IMG/VR virus record: IMGVR_UViG_3300028602_000008
DNA: 23,456 nucleotides
Strand: one strand, 5' to 3'
Source: an uncultured virus (IMG/VR IMGVR_UViG_3300028602_000008)
Lineage: Duplodnaviria > Heunggongvirae > Uroviricota > Caudoviricetes
Made by a program: the position numbers and the translations under genes. This document shows positions 16,023-23,456 of this stretch, one piece after another. Position 1 is the first letter of the stretch, and every line of letters starts with the position of its first letter. The notes beneath the pieces are model-generated. The model worked only from the letters and a program-made list of their open reading frames with translations. It was not told the origin of the DNA and searched no databases.

Positions 16023-17480
16023 CAATCTGTCCTTATAGGAGCCCCAGACCATATTCCCAAAATTCAGGCCGATGGATCTGGTCTGGAAGACTCAGGTGCT
16101 GGAATCTCTGATTTCGAGATAGCCGGTGCCGTTGCTGCCCACACGGTAGCTATTGACCATAGTTTCTTGGCGGATCCTTTTGATATGACAGCCAGGGCTG
16201 CAGATTTCGTCCTTACCTGGGATGATGTTCATGGCAAGTGGATAGCTGCAGCCGCGCCTGGTGCCACTGGTGGTGAAGCAAATACAGCAGACAATATTGG
16301 TACTCACGGTATTGGAGTTTATGCTTCTAAAGTAGCTGCAGAACTTCAATTCCGAAATATAGTGGCCGGCAGCCCAAAAGTTACAGTTACGGCCGGTGCT
16401 TCGGGTGCAGAAACAATTGAAATTGATGTTGATCCAGCCAATATAGAATTAAGTGCGCTTGGGGATGTTGATTTAGCCGGCGTCACAGGAGCTTACGTAC
16501 TGACTTGGGTTGAGGGAGATGGAACCTGGCAGCCTAAAGAAGCCCCCGGTGCATCTGCTGAAGGCGCTACAGGTCCTATGGGTTTGACTGGTCCTACTGG
16601 CCCCATGGGTGCTACCGGCCCAGGCGTTGGTGCATCAGGTGCCACGGGAGCTGCAGGAGCTACTGGTGCCACAGGTCCAGCCGGCGCAACAGGTGCAGGC
16701 CTTACAGGTGCAACGGGAGCTACAGGATTAACAGGCCCGACAGGCCCTGCCGGAGCAGGTACTACAGGCGCAACGGGAGCTACAGGCTTAACCGGTCCAG
16801 CCGGAAGTACAGGTCCAACGGGTCCAGTCGGAGCAACAGGAGCTGCATCCTCAGGAGCTGGAGCTGCTTTCTGGTCAGATGTACCGGGAACCCCAACCAG
16901 GGTAAGCAATACACAGTTCACCATCACCGATGCAGGTAACGCTGGTCTCTACGACTTGAGCTTAGGCGTTGGAACCCTGTTGAAATGGCTGTCCTCGGGC
17001 GGTGATTTCTGTGTTGCTAGGGTTACTTCAGCAACTTACGGGTCTAACGTTGTAACCGTAAACCTCGTCGGATCAACACTGGCTGCAGGGTTTACCAACA
17101 TGCAGTACTGCCTAATGCTCTGTCCGTTTGAGCAAATCCTAATACCCGGATCACAGAGCGTTGCCAATGGGGTAGGCAAAACTTGGTGGGCTGCTCAGGC
17201 CTTCTATCCGATCTCATGTGATGGCCACGTAACCACAGCCGGAGTGACTAATGCCACAACCTGGGACCTCAATGACGATGGTACGACCCTCTTCGGCGGA
17301 ACATGTTGTAGCATTGCCAGCACGGCCGTAGTAACCCTAAATACCCCGGCTGGATCTCCTGCGACACCAGTTGCAGCCGGTAGTGCTGTCACTGCAGATT
17401 GTACAGCCATCAGCACTACCCCCCCGATAGATGCCTATCTCTATCTCTACTACATGCCGCTGGCGTGGAGGTACCGATGA
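15849..17480 (+). CDS. virion fibre 1 (shared N-terminal module, short collagen stalk, C-terminal beta domains)
   Basis: MIRP...RWRWQ...[11 protein letters not shown]-terminus, VLTW repeats, a GGEANTA...FRNI module and about 95 aa of Gly-X-Y. Confidence 0.8.
   Translation: MIRPIERAPRWRWQTMIDDRDRQWLDGDQSLYFNRIMDLGQPIEDSDAATKKYVDDSTQSVLIGAPDHIPKIQADGSGLEDSGAGISDFEIAGAVAAHTVAIDHSFLADPFDMTARAADFVLTWDDVHGKWIAAAAPGATGGEANTADNIGTHGIGVYASKVAAELQFRNIVAGSPKVTVTAGASGAETIEIDVDPANIELSALGDVDLAGVTGAYVLTWVEGDGTWQPKEAPGASAEGATGPMGLTGPTGPMGATGPGVGASGATGAAGATGATGPAGATGAGLTGATGATGLTGPTGPAGAGTTGATGATGLTGPAGSTGPTGPVGATGAASSGAGAAFWSDVPGTPTRVSNTQFTITDAGNAGLYDLSLGVGTLLKWLSSGGDFCVARVTSATYGSNVVTVNLVGSTLAAGFTNMQYCLMLCPFEQILIPGSQSVANGVGKTWWAAQAFYPISCDGHVTTAGVTNATTWDLNDDGTTLFGGTCCSIASTAVVTLNTPAGSPATPVAAGSAVTADCTAISTTPPIDAYLYLYYMPLAWRYR
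16563..16847 (+). repeat. collagen-like Gly-X-Y (mostly Gly-Ala/Pro-Thr) repeat, short
   Basis: GAT/GPT/GLT triplets with GxG interruptions. Confidence 0.95.
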
Positions 17481-18180
17481 GCATTGGCCAATTTGGGATA
17501 ATGGGCGGTTTAGTCGCCGCCTACCATTTAAATGCAGATGCAAATGATTTTAGTGGAAACGCTCGGCACGGAACGGGTACAGATATTAACTACGATCCAG
17601 TCACCGGTATTTTAGGTCCCGGCGCTAAATTTAACGGATCCTCGTCAAAGGTAACACTTCCCGCAGCATTATGGACTCTCGCGGCAAATGCTGAATTGTC
17701 AATAGCTGTCGTAATCCAATTACCAGCATCGTCTCCCGGAATACAACCAATCCTGGCACGAGGCCAAGTTCAAGAGAGCGGCGACTACTACGGATTTTGT
17801 TTAGGTGTGAATGCAAACTCGATTTATTATCAGCGAGGCTGTGGATACAGTACATTATATTCGATGTCTGCAACCATGGCCTTCGAATCCTCTAAACGAT
17901 ATCTGATAGGCTTGACCTATGCTCATACCACCACAGGCTACGCTACTCTGTATTGCATTCCTCTGTTTGCGGGTACGAAGATGTCTCAAGGAACCGCTGA
18001 TATGTGGAAAGGGGATGTATCAATTTCCGCACCATATGATCAAGGTTTGAACCTAGGAGCAAACCTCAGAAATACTGCAAATCAGTATTGCGGATTGACT
18101 ATGAACGAATTTCTGCTTTTTAACAAGATACTACCGATGAAATGGTACGTTGATTATGCGGCTTATCTTAGGGGGTTCAA

Positions 18181-18184
<4 letters not shown>
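17477..18184 (+). CDS. LamG/concanavalin A-like domain protein, copy 1
   Basis: [22 protein letters not shown]...GAKFNGSSS...[11 protein letters not shown]. The start at 17477 is supported by an ATGA overlap and alignment with the paralogue. Confidence 0.85.
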
Positions 18185-20939
<2,755 letters not shown>

Positions 20940-20943
<4 letters not shown>

Positions 20944-21671
20944 CATTAGGACAAAAGGGAGCCATGGCCAATTTGGCCTTTGGCTACCATTTAAATGCAA
21001 ATTCAAACGATTTTGCAGGAGGTTTGGTCCAAGATGGAGTAGATACCAATATAACATATGATGCAGCTAATGGTATTCTTGGCCCGGCTGCATCTTTTAA
21101 TGGATCTTCAAGTAAAATTTATTTAGGTTCGAGTGACATAACTACCCCTGTAACCAATGGATCATTCTCCATAATATGTCTTTTTCGAGTGCCTGCAAGT
21201 TTTTCCGTATTCCCTATCATTAGCAGAGGACTTGTTCAAGCTTCAGGATTAACATTTTATGGTATGGATATTTCCATCAATGCTTCAACAGGAATAGCAT
21301 TTTCTCGTTATATCGGAAACACGACGGTATATAATTCAACTTCAGGAAATTATACGTTTAATTCAGGCACAACGTACCTGATAGCTATTACTTATAACCT
21401 AACAACTGGTGCCAACGTATTTTACATTTACCCATTACGTCCTGGTGGAGCAAGTCTGATTGCTAATGGAGCCACACAAAGCAAACTAATAAACATAGCC
21501 TTCCATGCGTCTTATGATGAAGGTTACCATTTTGGAGCAAGATTACGGGCTATATCTCCAATTTGGGGTAAAGGGTTTCTCGGAGAAGTTTTAATATTCA
21601 ATGACATAAGAACTGCTAATTGGATCAACATGTACGCAGCACAACTTAGAGGACTTTTGGATTGGGAGTAA
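20940..21671 (+). CDS. LamG/concanavalin A-like domain protein, copy 2
   Basis: [11 protein letters not shown]...[15 protein letters not shown]...GEVLIFND...YAAQLRG aligns with 17477-18184. ATGA overlap with fibre 2. Confidence 0.85.
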
Positions 21672-21708
21672 TTTCTCCCAAACCCTTAGATATTAAGAGG
21701 TCTTTATT

Positions 21709-23456
21709 ATGACCATGATTCGTCCAATTTCAAGAATGCTTCGGTGGCGCTGGCAAACTGTCATCGACGATAAAGACCGTATCTGGTTAGATGGAGATCA
21801 GTCATGCTATTTTAATCGGCTCATGGATCTCGCGCAACCTATTGAAGACAACGACGCAGCGACTAAACGATATGTAGATGACTCCACAGAAGCGACCGTA
21901 ATAGGTAATCCAGGAAATTTACCTGTCATCGATCCAGATGGGAGCGGTCTTCATGATTCATTAACATCACTTTCAGATTTCGAGGCTGCCGGAACTACCG
22001 CACTCCATATAATCACCCCAGGTGCTCATTTGGCATATGCCCCAGCTCACTATGCACGATCCAATATGTGGTGCAGCGTAGGGTTAGTGAATGCCGCCGA
22101 TAGAAGGTCTGTGAAAACTCCGAATCGAGTAACAGTAAATATAAATGAAATTGGATACGAACAAGTTGGGTCGTTGGTATTTGATCTTGACCTTCCAGCT
22201 TCCTGGGATACGATTGCCGGGACAAACTATTCAGTGGCCGCTAACCGTGCTGGAAAGGACTTTTATATATATAGTTGTCAACCAATAGCTGGCAACGTAC
22301 CAGTTTTCGTGATCTCGGCAGCCAAAACTTTCCCAAGTGGCTATGATGCTGTTAATAGCCGTAGAATTGTTCAATTCCATTGTATATGCCTAAGCGCTGG
22401 AGCAATAGCTGGACATCAACTAACTGGATTAATCACAGGTGATATCCTGCCAAGATCATTCCAGGATATCGAACATAGACCAAAAGCCGGTTTCATAGAT
22501 GGTATAGTTTGGGGAGGCGTTACAGATTTCGATATCTTGAATTACGCACCAGTTTGGAAGGCTATCTATATGGCTTCAGGAACTGGGGTCAACACTGCAT
22601 CCATCTTCGGTGCTGCGGCTTCAGCCACGCGAGATTGGAACGCATTTGTTGATGACTTTGGTAAGATTGGTTGCAGGATGATGGATGATGCAGAATTTCA
22701 AGTATTGTGTGCAGGTGTTGAAGAAGAAGTCAACATTGCTGGTTCTGCGAATCCAATAACGACAGGTGGACATGTTAGCACCACTGGTAGGCGACATTTG
22801 TCAAATATCGGCACAGAAGATGACATCGGAGTCTGGTGGCAATGGTTGTCCACCCAGTCGTTCCGAGTAGATTTCGATGGTTCTGTAATGGCGGCTGCAA
22901 AGACTGTTAACATTATCCATGCTGCCGCGCCTGGTGGTAATCCGGTCTATGTAGACTACGATAATGATGGTACTCCATATCTCTGTTGTACCATGGCTAC
23001 CACCACAGTTGATAAGTGGGTTGCATTTTCAACTACCCATAAGGTTTTAATCAAGCATCTTGCAGCCATCCCCGCGACTGCTGTACAGCTATACTTCGAT
23101 GAAGATGCCACACAGCCAAATCGATTGCTGGCTGCAGTTCCTCATCTAAAGAATGTCTATGTCGCAGTTCAACCTAATGCTGGTTATAAACTGCAGATAA
23201 CCTATAATGCGGCTCCCGGAACACCAGGCGTTGCTGTAAACTTCGATGATGGGGCCGATCAACGTTTGGAGTTCATTTCTCCGACATCTGCAACGGGTGT
23301 TATGGATATGGCTTTGGATGCGATCGCTTGGGCATACTACAATTTGGCAGGAACAGTTGGATCGTTGTACATGCAAGGAACGCTAGGCGACGTTAAGCTG
23401 CTCGGCGGCGGCGTTTGGAATAATGCGTCGCGTGCCGGGTCACGGGCGCGTCATGC
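21709..23456 (+). CDS. virion fibre 3: Mtd-like C-type-lectin-fold receptor-binding protein and probable DGR target (3' end truncated)
   Basis: Translated manually in frame +1 with no stop over 582 codons (start 21709 or 21715). The shared N-terminal module is followed by AGKDFYIY, FPSGY..NSRRI..FHCIC, GDILP.S..D..HRP, TTGGH...GRRHLSNIGTEDDIGVWWQW and GDVKLLGGGVWNNASRAGSRAR. Confidence 0.85.
   Translation, partial: MTMIRPISRMLRWRWQTVIDDKDRIWLDGDQSCYFNRLMDLAQPIEDNDAATKRYVDDSTEATVIGNPGNLPVIDPDGSGLHDSLTSLSDFEAAGTTALHIITPGAHLAYAPAHYARSNMWCSVGLVNAADRRSVKTPNRVTVNINEIGYEQVGSLVFDLDLPASWDTIAGTNYSVAANRAGKDFYIYSCQPIAGNVPVFVISAAKTFPSGYDAVNSRRIVQFHCICLSAGAIAGHQLTGLITGDILPRSFQDIEHRPKAGFIDGIVWGGVTDFDILNYAPVWKAIYMASGTGVNTASIFGAAASATRDWNAFVDDFGKIGCRMMDDAEFQVLCAGVEEEVNIAGSANPITTGGHVSTTGRRHLSNIGTEDDIGVWWQWLSTQSFRVDFDGSVMAAAKTVNIIHAAAPGGNPVYVDYDNDGTPYLCCTMATTTVDKWVAFSTTHKVLIKHLAAIPATAVQLYFDEDATQPNRLLAAVPHLKNVYVAVQPNAGYKLQITYNAAPGTPGVAVNFDDGADQRLEFISPTSATGVMDMALDAIAWAYYNLAGTVGSLYMQGTLGDVKLLGGGVWNNASRAGSRARH
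23386..23456 (+). other. candidate DGR variable region, 5' part
   Basis: 48/71 G+C. Scaffold codons are almost A-free and are interspersed with NNT codons (GTT, AAT, AAT, CGT, CAT) in the GGxW...GSR.R motif. Confidence 0.7.

Overview
The window looks like part of an archaeal virus or provirus genome. GGAGGTGA/AGGTGA Shine-Dalgarno sites, TATA boxes about 24 nt before ATGs, and PEGA and NosD/CASH domains point to a euryarchaeal, probably methanogen (Methanomicrobia-like), host. The left part (1-7121) holds small non-structural genes: an SNase-PEGA nuclease, a winged-HTH protein, a ferredoxin:thioredoxin-reductase-like Cys-motif protein, a His-motif putative hydrolase, a coiled-coil protein and an RHH regulator missed by the ORF track. 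A hairpin-rich non-coding stretch lies at about 1702-1902. The right part (7247-end) is a virion module: a strongly codon-biased 393-aa beta-rich protein (inferred double jelly-roll major capsid protein), a decoration-like protein, a probable second capsid protein, a penton-sized protein, and beta-helix, lectin-like and beta-propeller spike candidates. Three fibre genes then share an ungapped 58-aa N-terminal module. Two are collagen fibres of very different length, each followed by a LamG/ConA partner. The third (21709 to the window end, absent from the ORF track) is an Mtd-type C-type-lectin-fold protein whose last 71 nt look like a diversity-generating retroelement (DGR) variable region. 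The main candidate system is therefore an apparently tailless archaeal virus with three interchangeable fibres, one of them DGR-diversified. No reverse transcriptase, template repeat, packaging ATPase, portal, terminase or integrase was recognised in the window. All protein-family calls come from motif recognition by eye, not from database searches.
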